This document shows positions 9,542 through 20,982 of a DNA stretch of 64,000 nucleotides, in pieces. Source of the stretch: an uncultured Rhizobiaceae bacterium (lineage in GTDB: Bacteria; Pseudomonadota; Alphaproteobacteria; Rhizobiales; Aestuariivirgaceae). The translations under genes were made by a program, and so were the position numbers. The notes beneath the pieces are model-generated. The model did not search any database, had not been told where the DNA came from, and was given only the letters and a program-made list of their open reading frames with translations. Every line of letters begins with the position of its first letter. Position 1 is the stretch's first letter. The stretch lies in contig CAYSHK010000082.1 of the NCBI GenBank assembly GCA_964430935.1, forward strand, positions 9,979 to 73,978, given 5' to 3'.

Positions 9542-10276
9542 ATGACCACGCTCGCACGCATTCCCCGGCTCCACGCGGAAGCCCGCCTCGGCTCCGGCGC
9601 CACGGTGGTGCCGGACCGGGGGCAATGCCACTACCTGCTGCATGTCATGCGGCTCGGCGAGGGCGGCCGCGCGCGGCTGTTCAACGGCCGGGACGGGGAA
9701 TGGCTGTGCACCCTCACCCGCGCCGGCAAGCGCTGCGAGCTGACCTGCGACGAAAAGCTCGCCGATCCCGCGCCGCCCCCGGACATCGACTACGTGTTCG
9801 CGCCGCTGAAGCACGCGCGGCTGGACTACATGGCGCAGAAGGCCACGGAAATGGGGGTGCGCCGGCTGCGTCCGGTGTTCACCGACCACACGGTGCCGAA
9901 ACGGGTCAACACCGCGCGGCTGCGGGCCAACGCCATAGAGGCGGCCGAACAGTGCAATCTCGTTTTCGTCCCCGAGGTTCTGGAACCGGTGCGGCTCGAC
10001 CGCCTGCTGGAGGAATGGCCGCGGGAACGCCGGATCATCCACTGCGACGAATCCGCGGAGGTGGGGAACCCCGTGGAAGCGCTGCGGAACATTCCGGAGG
10101 GACCGCTCGCCGTGCTCATCGGACCGGAGGGCGGATTTTCGGATCGTGAAAGAGCGCTTCTGCGCGGGTTGCCGTTCGTGCACCGCATATCCCTCGGGCC
10201 GCGCATCATGCGGGCGGACACCGCGGCGGTGGCCGCGCTGGCCGTCGTGCAGTCGGTGCTCGGCGACTGGAAATGA
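9542..10276 (+). CDS. rsmE: 16S rRNA (uracil1498-N3)-methyltransferase RsmE
   Basis: I use the ATG at 9542; the track ORF starting at 8210 is over-extended. N-terminal PUA-like region (HYLLHVMRLGEG) and C-terminal SPOUT motif (LIGPEGGFSDRE...ISLGPRIMRADTA). Confidence 0.85.
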   Translation: MTTLARIPRLHAEARLGSGATVVPDRGQCHYLLHVMRLGEGGRARLFNGRDGEWLCTLTRAGKRCELTCDEKLADPAPPPDIDYVFAPLKHARLDYMAQKATEMGVRRLRPVFTDHTVPKRVNTARLRANAIEAAEQCNLVFVPEVLEPVRLDRLLEEWPRERRIIHCDESAEVGNPVEALRNIPEGPLAVLIGPEGGFSDRERALLRGLPFVHRISLGPRIMRADTAAVAALAVVQSVLGDWK

Positions 10277-10352
10277 TGCGGGAAACCATATTGCGTCCTC
10301 CCCCGCGCGCAATTACAAGATGGCCTGACATGGACGTTGGGGGATCTCCGCC

Positions 10353-11705
10353 TTGGACAGCACGGACCTGATCAGCGGCCGGGAGCCGCTCGTCGCCTTT
10401 CTGGAAGCGGGATGCAAACCGCCCGAGGACTGGCGCATAGGCACAGAACACGAGAAGTTTCCCTTCCTCACGGACACCCTGGAACCCGTGCCGTACGACG
10501 GTCCGCGTTCCATCCGCGCCCTGCTGGAGGGATTGCGCGAGCGGCACGGCTGGGAGCCGATCATGGAGGGCGGGCAGATCATCGGCCTGAAAGGCCGGAT
10601 CGGCTCCATCACGCTGGAGCCGGGCGGGCAGTTCGAGCTATCCGGAGGGGCGGTGGCCAACCTCCACGAGACCTGCGAGGAGGTGCACGATCATCTCGCG
10701 CACGTCCGGCAGATCGGCGACCGTCTGGGAATAGGCTTCCTCGGCATGGGCTTCTCGCCCCTTTGGAGCCTGGAGGAAACTCCGACCATGCCGAAGGGGC
10801 GGTACCGCATCATGCGCGAATACATGAAACGCACCGGGCGTCTGGGCCGGGACATGATGTTCCGTTCGGCAACGGTCCAGGTCAATCTCGACTTCTCGTC
10901 CGAGTCGGACATGGTGCGGAAAATGCGCGTCTCCCTGGCTCTGCAGCCGGTGGTGACGGCGCTTTTCGCCAATTCGCCCTTCACCGAGGGGCGGCCGAAC
11001 GGCTATCTCTCGTATCGTTCCGCGATCTGGCTGGACACCGACGCCGACCGCACGGGGATGCTGCCGTTCGCCTTCGAGGACGGTTTCGGATTCGAGCGCT
11101 ACGTGGACTACGCCCTCGACGTGCCCATGTACTTCGTCCACCGCAACGGCGAATACATCGACGCGACGGGACAGTCGTTCCGGGATTTCATGGAAGGCCG
11201 ACTGCCCGCCCTGCCCGGCGAGCTCCCGACCCTGAAGGACTGGGAGGACCACCTCTCGACGATCTTTCCCGAAGTGCGCCTGAAGCAGTTCCTGGAGATG
11301 CGCGGAGCCGATTCCGGGCCATGGCGGACGCTGTGCGCCCTGCCGGCCCTGTGGACCGGCCTGCTCTACGACTCCGGCGCGCTGGACGCCGCGTGGGATC
11401 TGGTCCGGGACTGGACGGCGGAGGACCGGCAGAAGCTGCGCGAGGACGTGCCGAAACTGGCGCTGAAGGCGGAAGTGCGCGGGCGCAGCGTGCGCGACAT
11501 CGCCCGCGACTGCCTGGAGATCGCCCGCCGCACGCTGGATTCGCGCGACATCGTCGGCTGCAAGAATCTCAACGAGACCCGCTTCCTGGACGTTCTCGAC
11601 GAGATCGTCGATGCGGGCCGCACCCACGCGGAGGAGCTTCTGGCGCTCTATCACGGGCGCTGGAACGGCGACGTCACCCACGTGTTCCGGGATTTCGCCT
11701 TCTAG
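10353..11705 (+). CDS. gshA: Glutamate-cysteine ligase (plant/alphaproteobacterial GCS2 type)
   Basis: TTG start preceded by GGGGGA. Hallmark N-terminus LVAFLEAGCKPPEDWRIGTEHEKFPF. 450 aa. Confidence 0.85.
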   Translation: MDSTDLISGREPLVAFLEAGCKPPEDWRIGTEHEKFPFLTDTLEPVPYDGPRSIRALLEGLRERHGWEPIMEGGQIIGLKGRIGSITLEPGGQFELSGGAVANLHETCEEVHDHLAHVRQIGDRLGIGFLGMGFSPLWSLEETPTMPKGRYRIMREYMKRTGRLGRDMMFRSATVQVNLDFSSESDMVRKMRVSLALQPVVTALFANSPFTEGRPNGYLSYRSAIWLDTDADRTGMLPFAFEDGFGFERYVDYALDVPMYFVHRNGEYIDATGQSFRDFMEGRLPALPGELPTLKDWEDHLSTIFPEVRLKQFLEMRGADSGPWRTLCALPALWTGLLYDSGALDAAWDLVRDWTAEDRQKLREDVPKLALKAEVRGRSVRDIARDCLEIARRTLDSRDIVGCKNLNETRFLDVLDEIVDAGRTHAEELLALYHGRWNGDVTHVFRDFAF

Positions 11706-11733
11706 CCACGGGGTGGTCCGGCGGCGGAACCGC

Positions 11734-12915
11734 TCAGCAGCGGAACGCCTGAATGCCCGTCTGGGCGCGTCCGAGAATCAGCGCATGCATGTCCTCGGTG
11801 CCCTCGTAGGTATTGACGGCCTCCAGGTTCACCATGTGACGCATCACCGGGAATTCGTCGGAAATGCCGTTGCCGCCCAGCATGTCGCGGGCGTCGCGGG
11901 CGATGGCCAGCGCCTTGCGGCAATTGTTCCGCTTCATGAGGGATATGGCGGGAGGCGCGAGACGCCCCTCGTCCAGTCCCCGCCCCAGCATCAGGCAGCC
12001 GGAGAGCCCCACGGCGATCTCCGTCTGCATGTCGGCCAGCTTGCGCTGGACAAGCTGGTTCGCGGCCAGCGGACGGCCGAACTGCCTTCTGTCCAGAACG
12101 TATTCCCGCGCCGCGTGCCAGCAGGCCTCGGCGGCGCCCATGGCGCCCCACGCGATGCCGTAGCGCGCCTTGTTCAGGCAGCCGAACGGTCCCTTCAGAC
12201 CGGCGACACCGGGCAGAATCGCGTCGGCGGGGACCTCCACTCCGTCGAGCACGATCTCGCCGGTGAGAGAGGCCCGCAGGGAGAGCTTGTTGGCGATCTT
12301 AGGAGCCGAATAGCCGGGCAGTCCCGCCTCGACGACGAATCCCCGGATGGCGTCGTCCTCGTCGGCCAGCTTCGCCCAGACGATGGCGATGTCCGCGATG
12401 GGGGAATTGGTGATCCACATTTTCGTGCCGTTCAGCACGTAGCCCTTTTCCGTGCGGCGGGCACGCGTCTTCATCGACGCGGGATCCGAACCGGCATCCG
12501 GCTCGGTCAGACCGAAACAGCCGATCAGCTCCCCCGTGGCCAGCTTCGGCAGGTATTTCCGCTTCTGCTCCTCCGTGCCATAGGCCTCGATGGGATGCAT
12601 CACCAGCGAGTTCTGCACGCTCATGGCCGAACGGAAACCGGAGTCGACGCGCTCCACCTCCCTGGCCGCCAGACCGTAGGCGACATGCCCCAGACCGGCG
12701 CCGCCGTAGCGGGGATCCGTCATGATGCCGAGCAGCCCCATCTCGCCCATCCCGCGCATGATCTCCAGGTCGAAGGTCTCGTTCCGGAATCCCTCGACGA
12801 CGCGCGGCGCCAGCTCGCCGGCGGCGAATTCCGCCACGGCGTCGCGGATCATGATCTCCTCCTCGCTCAGATGGGCCTCCAGCCCCAGCGGATCGCTCCA
12901 GTCGAAATCCTGCAT
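11734..12915 (-). CDS. gcdH: Glutaryl-CoA dehydrogenase (acyl-CoA dehydrogenase family)
   Basis: ATG at 12915 is preceded by GAAGGGAG. N-terminus [25 protein letters not shown]... and ACAD-fold motifs are typical of GcdH. Confidence 0.8.
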   Translation of the reverse strand: MQDFDWSDPLGLEAHLSEEEIMIRDAVAEFAAGELAPRVVEGFRNETFDLEIMRGMGEMGLLGIMTDPRYGGAGLGHVAYGLAAREVERVDSGFRSAMSVQNSLVMHPIEAYGTEEQKRKYLPKLATGELIGCFGLTEPDAGSDPASMKTRARRTEKGYVLNGTKMWITNSPIADIAIVWAKLADEDDAIRGFVVEAGLPGYSAPKIANKLSLRASLTGEIVLDGVEVPADAILPGVAGLKGPFGCLNKARYGIAWGAMGAAEACWHAAREYVLDRRQFGRPLAANQLVQRKLADMQTEIAVGLSGCLMLGRGLDEGRLAPPAISLMKRNNCRKALAIARDARDMLGGNGISDEFPVMRHMVNLEAVNTYEGTEDMHALILGRAQTGIQAFRC

Positions 12916-13056
12916 CTGACGGCTCCCTTCATCGTTCGCGTGTGCGGAAGGATGCGCCGCCTCCACGCACATGGCAAGACATTCCGGGGTCGGACTTTTG
13001 GATGGGTCCAGCGGGAGCCGGCGCATGCCGCCAGCGGAGGACCGCCAGCCTCGCCG

Positions 13057-14091
13057 CTAGAGCCGGCCTCCGGCCTGAAGACGGCCCAGGGGATAGGCCG
13101 TCATGGGATCCTCCCGCTCCAGAGCCTCCAGACGGCGGACGATCTCGGCCACGTCGGCATTCATGCGGGTGACGAGTTCGTCCACGGAACAGAATTTCTC
13201 GTCGGGGCGGACGAAGGAGACGAAATCCACCAGCAGACGCCGGCCGTAGAGGTCTCCCTCGAAATCGGGCAGGTAGACCTCGAGGAAACGTTCGTGGGTG
13301 TCGAAGGTGGGCCGGGTTCCGATGTAGCCCGCGCCGCGCCAGCCGGAAGGATGCGGCATGGGCGGCAGGTCGCCGGCGGATGAGCCGTCCGCCAGGCGCA
13401 CGCGCATCGCGTAGATGCCCTCGCGCGGCTCGCATCCCTTCGGCAGCCGGATGTTGGCGGTGGGGAAGCCGATCTCCCGGCCGCGCCGGTCGCCCCGCAC
13501 CACTTCGCCCTCGACCATCCACCAGTATCCCAGCTCGTGCGCCGCGCGCCGCACGTGTCCGTGCCGCAGATGCGCCCGGATGGAGGAGGACGAGAAGGGG
13601 GCCACGCCGTCGTCGTCGGTGACCTGCTCGATCACCGTCACGCCGAAACCGTACTTTCCGCCCAGCTCGCGCATGAGCTGGGGATTTCCCTTGCGGCCGT
13701 GGCCGAAATGGAAATCGTAGCCGGTGATGACGTGGGCCACCGCCATGCGTTCCACCAGATAGAGACGGACGAATTCCTCGGCCTCCAGGACCGCCATCTC
13801 CCGGGAGAACGGCAGGACGGAGACGAAACCGCCGCCCAGCCCGCCCAGCAGACGGGTCTTCATGGGAAGGGGCGTGAGACGGAAAACCGGTTCGTCCGGC
13901 CGGAAGAGATCCCTCGGATGCGGCTCCAGGGTCATCATGCCCCATCCGGTTCCGCGCCGCTCCGCCTCCTCGCGGGCGGCCTGGAGAAGCTGCTGGTGAC
14001 CGCGATGGACACCGTCGAAATTTCCGATGGCCACCACGGCTCCGCGTGCGGCATCCGGCGTGTCGCCGTCTATGGTGAACTGCATCGTCAT
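13057..14091 (-). CDS. ribF: Bifunctional riboflavin kinase / FMN adenylyltransferase
   Basis: AIGNFDGVHRGHQQLL nucleotidyltransferase motif, and a C-terminal riboflavin kinase region (GFPTANI...GTRPTF). The start is uncertain: 14091, 14085 or 14136. Confidence 0.85.
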   Translation of the reverse strand: MTMQFTIDGDTPDAARGAVVAIGNFDGVHRGHQQLLQAAREEAERRGTGWGMMTLEPHPRDLFRPDEPVFRLTPLPMKTRLLGGLGGGFVSVLPFSREMAVLEAEEFVRLYLVERMAVAHVITGYDFHFGHGRKGNPQLMRELGGKYGFGVTVIEQVTDDDGVAPFSSSSIRAHLRHGHVRRAAHELGYWWMVEGEVVRGDRRGREIGFPTANIRLPKGCEPREGIYAMRVRLADGSSAGDLPPMPHPSGWRGAGYIGTRPTFDTHERFLEVYLPDFEGDLYGRRLLVDFVSFVRPDEKFCSVDELVTRMNADVAEIVRRLEALEREDPMTAYPLGRLQAGGRL

Positions 14092-14128
14092 GTTCGGCGA
14101 TATCCCCGTTTCCACCCGTTGCGGACGT

Positions 14129-14560
14129 TCATCCATTCCGCGACGGAGCCAGCACCACGGCCTCGCCCCGCAGCACCACCCTGTCGCCCACCAGGCACCG
14201 GGTGGCCAGCGTGACGCGCTTCCTGCGCGCATCCACGGACGAGACCTCCACCTCCGCCGTCACCGTGTCGCCGATGAAGACCGGCGCGCGGAACTGGATC
14301 GACTGGGAGACGTAGACCGCCCCCTTTCCCGGCAGGCGCGTCCCCAGCACCGCGGAGATCAGCGAGGCCGTCAGCATGCCGTGCACGACGCGCCAGCCGA
14401 AGACGGTCGTCGCGGCGAACCCGTCATCCAGATGGGCGGGATTGACGTCCCCCGTGACACGGGCGAAGGTTTCGACCTCCTCCTCGCCGAAAGCGCGGCT
14501 CAGGGACGCCTTCATGCCCGGCTCGATATCCTCGACGAACACCTGCGCGATCCCGCTCAT
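14129..14560 (-). CDS. MaoC-like (R)-specific enoyl-CoA hydratase / dehydratase
   Basis: Hot-dog fold motif FARVTGDVNPAHLD. The ATG at 14560 makes an ATGA overlap with the upstream HAD gene stop and is preceded by GGAAGGGAGA. The track start at 14578 is less likely. Confidence 0.75.
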   Translation of the reverse strand: MSGIAQVFVEDIEPGMKASLSRAFGEEEVETFARVTGDVNPAHLDDGFAATTVFGWRVVHGMLTASLISAVLGTRLPGKGAVYVSQSIQFRAPVFIGDTVTAEVEVSSVDARRKRVTLATRCLVGDRVVLRGEAVVLAPSRNG

Positions 14561-15453
14561 GACCGTTCTCCCTTCCATACGAGGCGCTCCATCACCCCCA
14601 CCAGGTCCAGCCCCGGCGCCTCCTCCTCCAGCCGGGAGAGAACGGCCGGAAGCCCTCCCGTCCTCAATTCTTCATGATGGACGCCCGTCGCTATGTAAAG
14701 AGCGGCGATTCCGAAGTTGCGCGCGCCCTTCATGTCCGTGGCCATGCCGTCGCCGATGGCCAGAATCTCCGTCTTCTCCACACGGCGCCCGGCGGCCGCG
14801 ACGGCCCGCTTCAGACATTCCTCGTAGATGGGAGAGAAGGGCTTTCCCGCCATGACGACATTGCCGCCGAGCTCCTCGTAGATGGCGGCGAGCGCACCGC
14901 CGCACGGAATGATGCGGTCGCCGTGCTGGACCTTCAGGTCGGGATTGGCGCAGACCATGTCGATCCCGCGCCGGGCCAGGCCGGCCAGCAGATCGCGGTA
15001 TTCCTCCGGCTGCTCCGTCCGGTCGTCGTAGAGGCCGGAACAGAGCACGATCTCCGCCTCCTCCGGGCCGGTGATCTCCACGGGCAGCCCCTCGCGCAGA
15101 CGGCGGTCCTTCTCCGGCCCGAGATGGAAGACCTTCGCCCCTTCGCGGGCGGAGACGACGGCGCGCGTCACGTCGCCGGAGGTCACGATGTCGTCCCATG
15201 CGGCACGGGGCACCTTCAGACCGTCCAGCTGCTCGATGAGCGCCGGGCGGGGGCGCGGCGAATTGGTGATGAAGACGACGACCCCGCCCGCCTCCCGATG
15301 CCGGACGAGGGCGTCGCAGGCGGCCATGTCGGCCCGCACGCCGTTGTGCACAACGCCCCAGATGTCGCAGAACCAGACCGGAAAACGCGGCGACAGGGGC
15401 GCCACGTCATCCAGGAGGGCGACCCGCTCGCCGGAGGATGCGTCCTTCGTCAT
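14557..15453 (-). CDS. HAD-superfamily class IIA hydrolase (TIGR01459-like)
   Basis: N-terminal DIWGVVHNG (DxxGV) motif and C-terminal IGDGMATDMKGA motif. Start taken at MTKDASSG (15453). Confidence 0.7.
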   Translation of the reverse strand: MTKDASSGERVALLDDVAPLSPRFPVWFCDIWGVVHNGVRADMAACDALVRHREAGGVVVFITNSPRPRPALIEQLDGLKVPRAAWDDIVTSGDVTRAVVSAREGAKVFHLGPEKDRRLREGLPVEITGPEEAEIVLCSGLYDDRTEQPEEYRDLLAGLARRGIDMVCANPDLKVQHGDRIIPCGGALAAIYEELGGNVVMAGKPFSPIYEECLKRAVAAAGRRVEKTEILAIGDGMATDMKGARNFGIAALYIATGVHHEELRTGGLPAVLSRLEEEAPGLDLVGVMERLVWKGERS

Positions 15454-15604
15454 GGGAGAAATGTTCCGACACCCTGAGCAGTTCTCCGGCCACATGTCCG
15501 GGGAATCCCCTCCGGAACACGCGGGACCGGCGTGTGGTGTCTTGATGCGGCAAGGACGCCCCTTCCGTCAAGAGGCCGCTCCACGTGACCGCGCCACGAT
15601 GGCG

Positions 15605-16825
15605 TCAGGCCGCGCGGGGCGTGCGGTGGCCGCCATGATCCGTCCGCGCCCCTTCCGCCTTTCCGGTGGAAAGACCGGAACGCACGCGGCGCGGCGGCGA
15701 GAAGACGCGGCCGCGCGCCAGCTGCGCCAGCGACCCGAGACGGATCTTGATCCGGGGATCGTCCACGCCGCTCGCGATCAGGACGAAACCGGCATCCGGG
15801 ATCCTTCCGACGGCATCGCCCCCGTCGCTCTCCGCTGCCGCCAGGATGGTGGCCGCGTCCATGTCCACGTAGGCGAAGCCCAGGGCCTTGAGCGCATCCG
15901 TGTCCACGCGCCCCGGCCGGGCGTCCGCCAGAGCCAGCCGGACATTGGCCTGGGCCAGCCACGCCAGCCCCTCGATCTCGGAGGCTCCGAGACCGGCCAG
16001 CATCTCCTGGGAGATCTCGAGCACCAGCAGCGAGGCGACATCCCGGTCGCCGTCCATGAAGGCGCGCAGCTCCTCCCTGAACCGGGGCGAGGACAGGGAA
16101 CCCTTGGTCAACGGACAGATGACCGGGGTCCTGTGCCCCTTCTCGAGAATGCGGCGCACGAAATCGGCGGTCTCGCGCAGCATCCGCATGTCGAACGCCG
16201 TCGCGGCGCCCGCGCGCGTCGCCTTCAGTCCGGCATGGCGTCCGAGATAGATCCGTCCCCCGTCTCCGGCCAGCGCGGGAACGGCGCGGTACAGGGCGGT
16301 GACGCCGCCGCGCATGTCCACCACGGGCTCCATGTACAGGCGGAAGCCCTCCAGGGGATCGCGCGGGGATACGGGAGCGGCGGGCGACGGGGCGGCGGGC
16401 TCCCCGACGGAGGTCCGCTCCCGCGCCGCGGCCGAGGGACCGGGCCGCGGTCCGCCGGAAAGTTCCGGAGCCCCGTCCTCCCCGCCTTCCGCGGCCGGCT
16501 GCACCAGCCGGGGTTCGACCGTCCTCCGCGGTTGGCGCGCCCTTTCCTCCAGGACGTCCACCCGGCCCGCCAGGGCGGCGATCTCGCGTTTCAGGCCCGA
16601 AAGCACCTGCACGATGTCCCGCAGATACCTGCGGCCGGGGAAACTGGTGCGCACGGCGGCGCCGGTGACGATGAGAATCTGGGCGGCGGCGAGCAGAAGG
16701 ATCGATACGAGAAGCACCGAAGCAAGCGGCCAGCCCTCGCTCCAGGCCCATACGGCCAGAGCGGCTGCGGAAAGGGTCAGGCCGATCGGCATGACCAGGA
16801 AGAGAAAACCCTGAAGTAGTCGCAT
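15605..16825 (-). CDS. Membrane-anchored protein with degenerate EAL-like domain
   Basis: Two N-terminal hydrophobic segments, a coiled-coil-like stretch and a Pro/Ala-rich linker. The C-terminal domain aligns by eye to an EAL domain but has substituted catalytic motifs (see findings). Confidence 0.6.
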   Translation of the reverse strand: MRLLQGFLFLVMPIGLTLSAAALAVWAWSEGWPLASVLLVSILLLAAAQILIVTGAAVRTSFPGRRYLRDIVQVLSGLKREIAALAGRVDVLEERARQPRRTVEPRLVQPAAEGGEDGAPELSGGPRPGPSAAARERTSVGEPAAPSPAAPVSPRDPLEGFRLYMEPVVDMRGGVTALYRAVPALAGDGGRIYLGRHAGLKATRAGAATAFDMRMLRETADFVRRILEKGHRTPVICPLTKGSLSSPRFREELRAFMDGDRDVASLLVLEISQEMLAGLGASEIEGLAWLAQANVRLALADARPGRVDTDALKALGFAYVDMDAATILAAAESDGGDAVGRIPDAGFVLIASGVDDPRIKIRLGSLAQLARGRVFSPPRRVRSGLSTGKAEGARTDHGGHRTPRAA

Positions 16826-17125
16826 GTCGCCATTCAGTCCCGTTCAGTCATGATCCGTATCGTCTCCCGCTCTTTTTATGATTCGTTTTTGTACAGCCTG
16901 CAGGGAAACGTTAACCATACTTTCCACCTGAAGCAAGCAGAGGTAGTCCCCCGCTGTGCAACACACCCTGCGCATGCGTGTCCGCCGCGCATCCGGGGGC
17001 CCCGCTTCCGTGATTTTCCGGGAGTCATTCCGCCCGCAGGAGAACCCGGCCGCCGCCGGATCCCCCACGGCGGAACGCCGGAGCGGCGGTCTTTACCGTT
17101 CCGGACAAAAATTGCCCTCAGCTCT

Positions 17126-17154
17126 CTTGACGCGGGACGGCCGGCGCACTATCT
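17126..17154 (+). promoter_or_regulatory. Putative RpoH (sigma32)-type heat-shock promoter of groESL
   Basis: CTTGAC (17126-17131) and CACTATCT (17147-17154), spaced about as in the alphaproteobacterial CTTG-N17/18-CYTATNT pattern. It sits just upstream of CIRCE. Confidence 0.45.
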
Positions 17155-17166
17155 CCGGCGCAGCTG

Positions 17167-17193
17167 TTGGCACTCTCCACAGGCGAGTGCCAA
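17167..17193 (+). promoter_or_regulatory. CIRCE operator (HrcA binding site)
   Basis: TTGGCACTC-N9-GAGTGCCAA is a perfect 9-bp inverted repeat. It matches the CIRCE consensus TTAGCACTC-N9-GAGTGCTAA with one symmetric change. It lies 111 nt upstream of groES. Confidence 0.9.
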
Positions 17194-17303
17194 CAATACG
17201 TCCGCCGGAGGTTTCCGGCACAGTCTTCAACAGGTCGTGCTCCCCGGACGAACCGTGCCGCAGGGAGCGGGGAACCAGGAAGCATTCTTGAGGAGTAGAA
17301 GGC

Positions 17304-17591
17304 ATGACTTTTCGTCCCTTGCATGACCGTGTGCTCGTGCGCCGCATCGAGGAGGAGAACAAGACCCCGGGCGGCATCATCATCCCCGACACCGCCAAGG
17401 AGAAGCCCCAGCAGGGCGAGGTTCTCGCCGTCGGCCCCGGCGCCCGCGACGAGACCGGCAAGCTGGTCCCGCTGGACGTGAAGGTCGGTGACAAGGTGCT
17501 CTTCGGCAAGTGGTCCGGCTCCGAGGTGACCATCGACGGCGAGGAGCTGCTCATCATGAAGGAATCCGACATCCTCGGCATCATCGAGTGA
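17304..17591 (+). CDS. groES: Co-chaperonin GroES
   Basis: 95 aa. [46 protein letters not shown] is canonical. Confidence 0.97.
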   Translation: MTFRPLHDRVLVRRIEEENKTPGGIIIPDTAKEKPQQGEVLAVGPGARDETGKLVPLDVKVGDKVLFGKWSGSEVTIDGEELLIMKESDILGIIE

Positions 17592-17669
17592 TGCGCCGCG
17601 GTCCGGCTCCGGAAGGGGACGCATGTCCTTGTCCCTTGCACCTCCGGACCGTCGACGACGAGGGAATGA

Positions 17670-19328
<1,659 letters not shown>

Positions 19329-19370
19329 TCGACGGAAAGCCGCATACGCCGTTCACGGCATGCCTCTCGA

Positions 19371-19405
19371 CCGCTCCGGGACCCCTCCCGGGGCGGTTTC
19401 TCTTT
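19371..19405 (+). terminator. Rho-independent terminator after groEL
   Basis: CCGCTCCGGGA-cccc-TCCCGGGGCGG: an 11-bp stem with one G.U pair, followed by TTTCTCTTT. Confidence 0.7.
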
Positions 19406-19466
19406 CCGCCCTGCTCCGCCCGGCCATGACTGGACAGCCCCGCCCCGGGATGGGAAAAGGTGCGGC

Positions 19467-20024
19467 ATGATCATCATCTCTCCGCTTGAAACGGTTTCCG
19501 ACGTGGTGCGGGAACATCCCGACGCCTTCGTCTGCGGCCTTCTCGGCCCCGGCATGGCGCATCCCGACCTGCCCGTCGCCGCGCCGCGGCGGCTGAGGCT
19601 GACGTTCCACGACGTCCGGGAGGACCATGGCGGCGGCATGGTGCCGCCGGAAATGCGGCATGTGCGGGAGCTGATCGCCTTCGTGGCCCGGTGGCGCGAT
19701 ACGGCGGAAAGGCCGCCTCTCATCGTCCACTGCTGGGCGGGGATATCCCGTTCTCCGGCGGCCGCCTTCATCGCGGCGTGCATGCTGCATCCCCGGCGGG
19801 AGGAAGCCCATCTCGCCGCGGAGCTGCGCGCGCTTGCGCCCGATGTCACACCGAACATCCGCATGGTGAGGCTGGCCGACGCCCTTCTGGGGCGCGCCGG
19901 ACGCATGGAAGCCGCCGTGCTGGCCATCGGACGTGGTGCCGAAACCTCCTGGGGACGCGTACGGAGATGGAAATGCGGAAGCCGCGCTCAGCCGCCTATG
20001 CGGCCATGGGCGAAGTCCCAGTAG
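19467..20024 (+). CDS. Cys-based (CX5R) tyrosine/dual-specificity phosphatase-like protein
   Basis: P-loop HCWAGISRS. The 3' end overlaps the convergent aminotransferase gene by 37 nt. The Arg/Trp-rich tail looks non-conserved. Confidence 0.6.
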   Translation: MIIISPLETVSDVVREHPDAFVCGLLGPGMAHPDLPVAAPRRLRLTFHDVREDHGGGMVPPEMRHVRELIAFVARWRDTAERPPLIVHCWAGISRSPAAAFIAACMLHPRREEAHLAAELRALAPDVTPNIRMVRLADALLGRAGRMEAAVLAIGRGAETSWGRVRRWKCGSRAQPPMRPWAKSQ

Positions 20025-20833
20025 AGGGAGCGGGCCTTTTTCGTGAGGGGACCGATCTCCAGCTCGCGGTCCTGGATCCGCGTACAGGGCATCACCTTGG
20101 AGAAATTGCCCGTGGCGAATATCTCGTCGGCCTCCAGAACCTCCGGCCAGGTGATGGTGCGCTCGACGACGGTCACGCCGGCGGCGCGCATCAGGGAGAT
20201 GACGCGCTGCCGCGTTATGCCGTTCAGGAAGGTGCCGTTCGGCACCGGGGTATGGAGCTCCCCGTCCAGCCCCAGAAAGAGGTTGGCGGTGGCGAATTCC
20301 GCCACGTTGCCGTTCGCGTCCAGCACGACGCAATTGTCGAAGCCGGCCTCGCCGGCCTGCGCCAGGGCCCGGCCGACGTTGGGATACAGGCAGGCCGCCT
20401 TGGCCGTGGTCGGGGCCATCTCCGGAGTGGGACGGCGGAAGCCGGACAGCATGGCGGAGAAACCGCGGAAGGCGGGCATCGGGGCCTCGACGAGAATGAG
20501 CGCGAACCGCGTGCTGGCCGGTTCGGGATTGATGAAACCCGCCTCGGCCCACATCATGGGCTTGACGTAGAGCGCCGCGTCGTCGGGAAACAGGGCGAAA
20601 CCCTCGCGTGCAAGGGCCCCGATCTCCTGCGCCTCCATGACCGGCCGCAGACCCAGCCGGAGGGCGGAATCGACCACCCGGCGGCAGTGCCTGTCCAGAT
20701 CCGGCGCAACGCCCTCGAACCTTCTCGCCCCGTCGAACACGCAGGAGCTCATCCACATCACATGGCTGTCGGGCCCTATGACCTTCGGATTTCCTTCATG
20801 CCACCTTCCCCCGAACCATGTGCGCGTCGCCAT
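19988..20833 (-). CDS. ilvE: Branched-chain amino acid aminotransferase (class IV PLP enzyme)
   Basis: I use the ATG at 20833; the track ORF extending to 21361 is over-extended. MATRTWFGGRWHEGNPKVIGPDSHVMWMSSCVFDGAR is a typical N-terminus, and EFATANLF and TGT/NGITR-type motifs are present. Confidence 0.75.
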   Translation of the reverse strand: MATRTWFGGRWHEGNPKVIGPDSHVMWMSSCVFDGARRFEGVAPDLDRHCRRVVDSALRLGLRPVMEAQEIGALAREGFALFPDDAALYVKPMMWAEAGFINPEPASTRFALILVEAPMPAFRGFSAMLSGFRRPTPEMAPTTAKAACLYPNVGRALAQAGEAGFDNCVVLDANGNVAEFATANLFLGLDGELHTPVPNGTFLNGITRQRVISLMRAAGVTVVERTITWPEVLEADEIFATGNFSKVMPCTRIQDRELEIGPLTKKARSLYWDFAHGRIGG

Positions 20834-20982
20834 CCGGCAGCTCCTTTTCCGTTCCGCATCCACCTCCCCCGCCCGATGCGGAGAATAGCACCGTTGAACA
20901 ACGGATCCACAACGACGAAAACCGCCAGTTTCCGGGAAACCGGCGGTCCATGTCTCCTTGCGGGGGGAACGGCTTCCTCGGC

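Noticed and set aside
16844-17326. Short ORFs (74 aa on the minus strand, 158 and 111 aa on the plus strand) in the groES upstream region.
   Set aside because: They overlap the CIRCE and promoter region, have no RBS or recognisable features, and are mutually overlapping in different frames.
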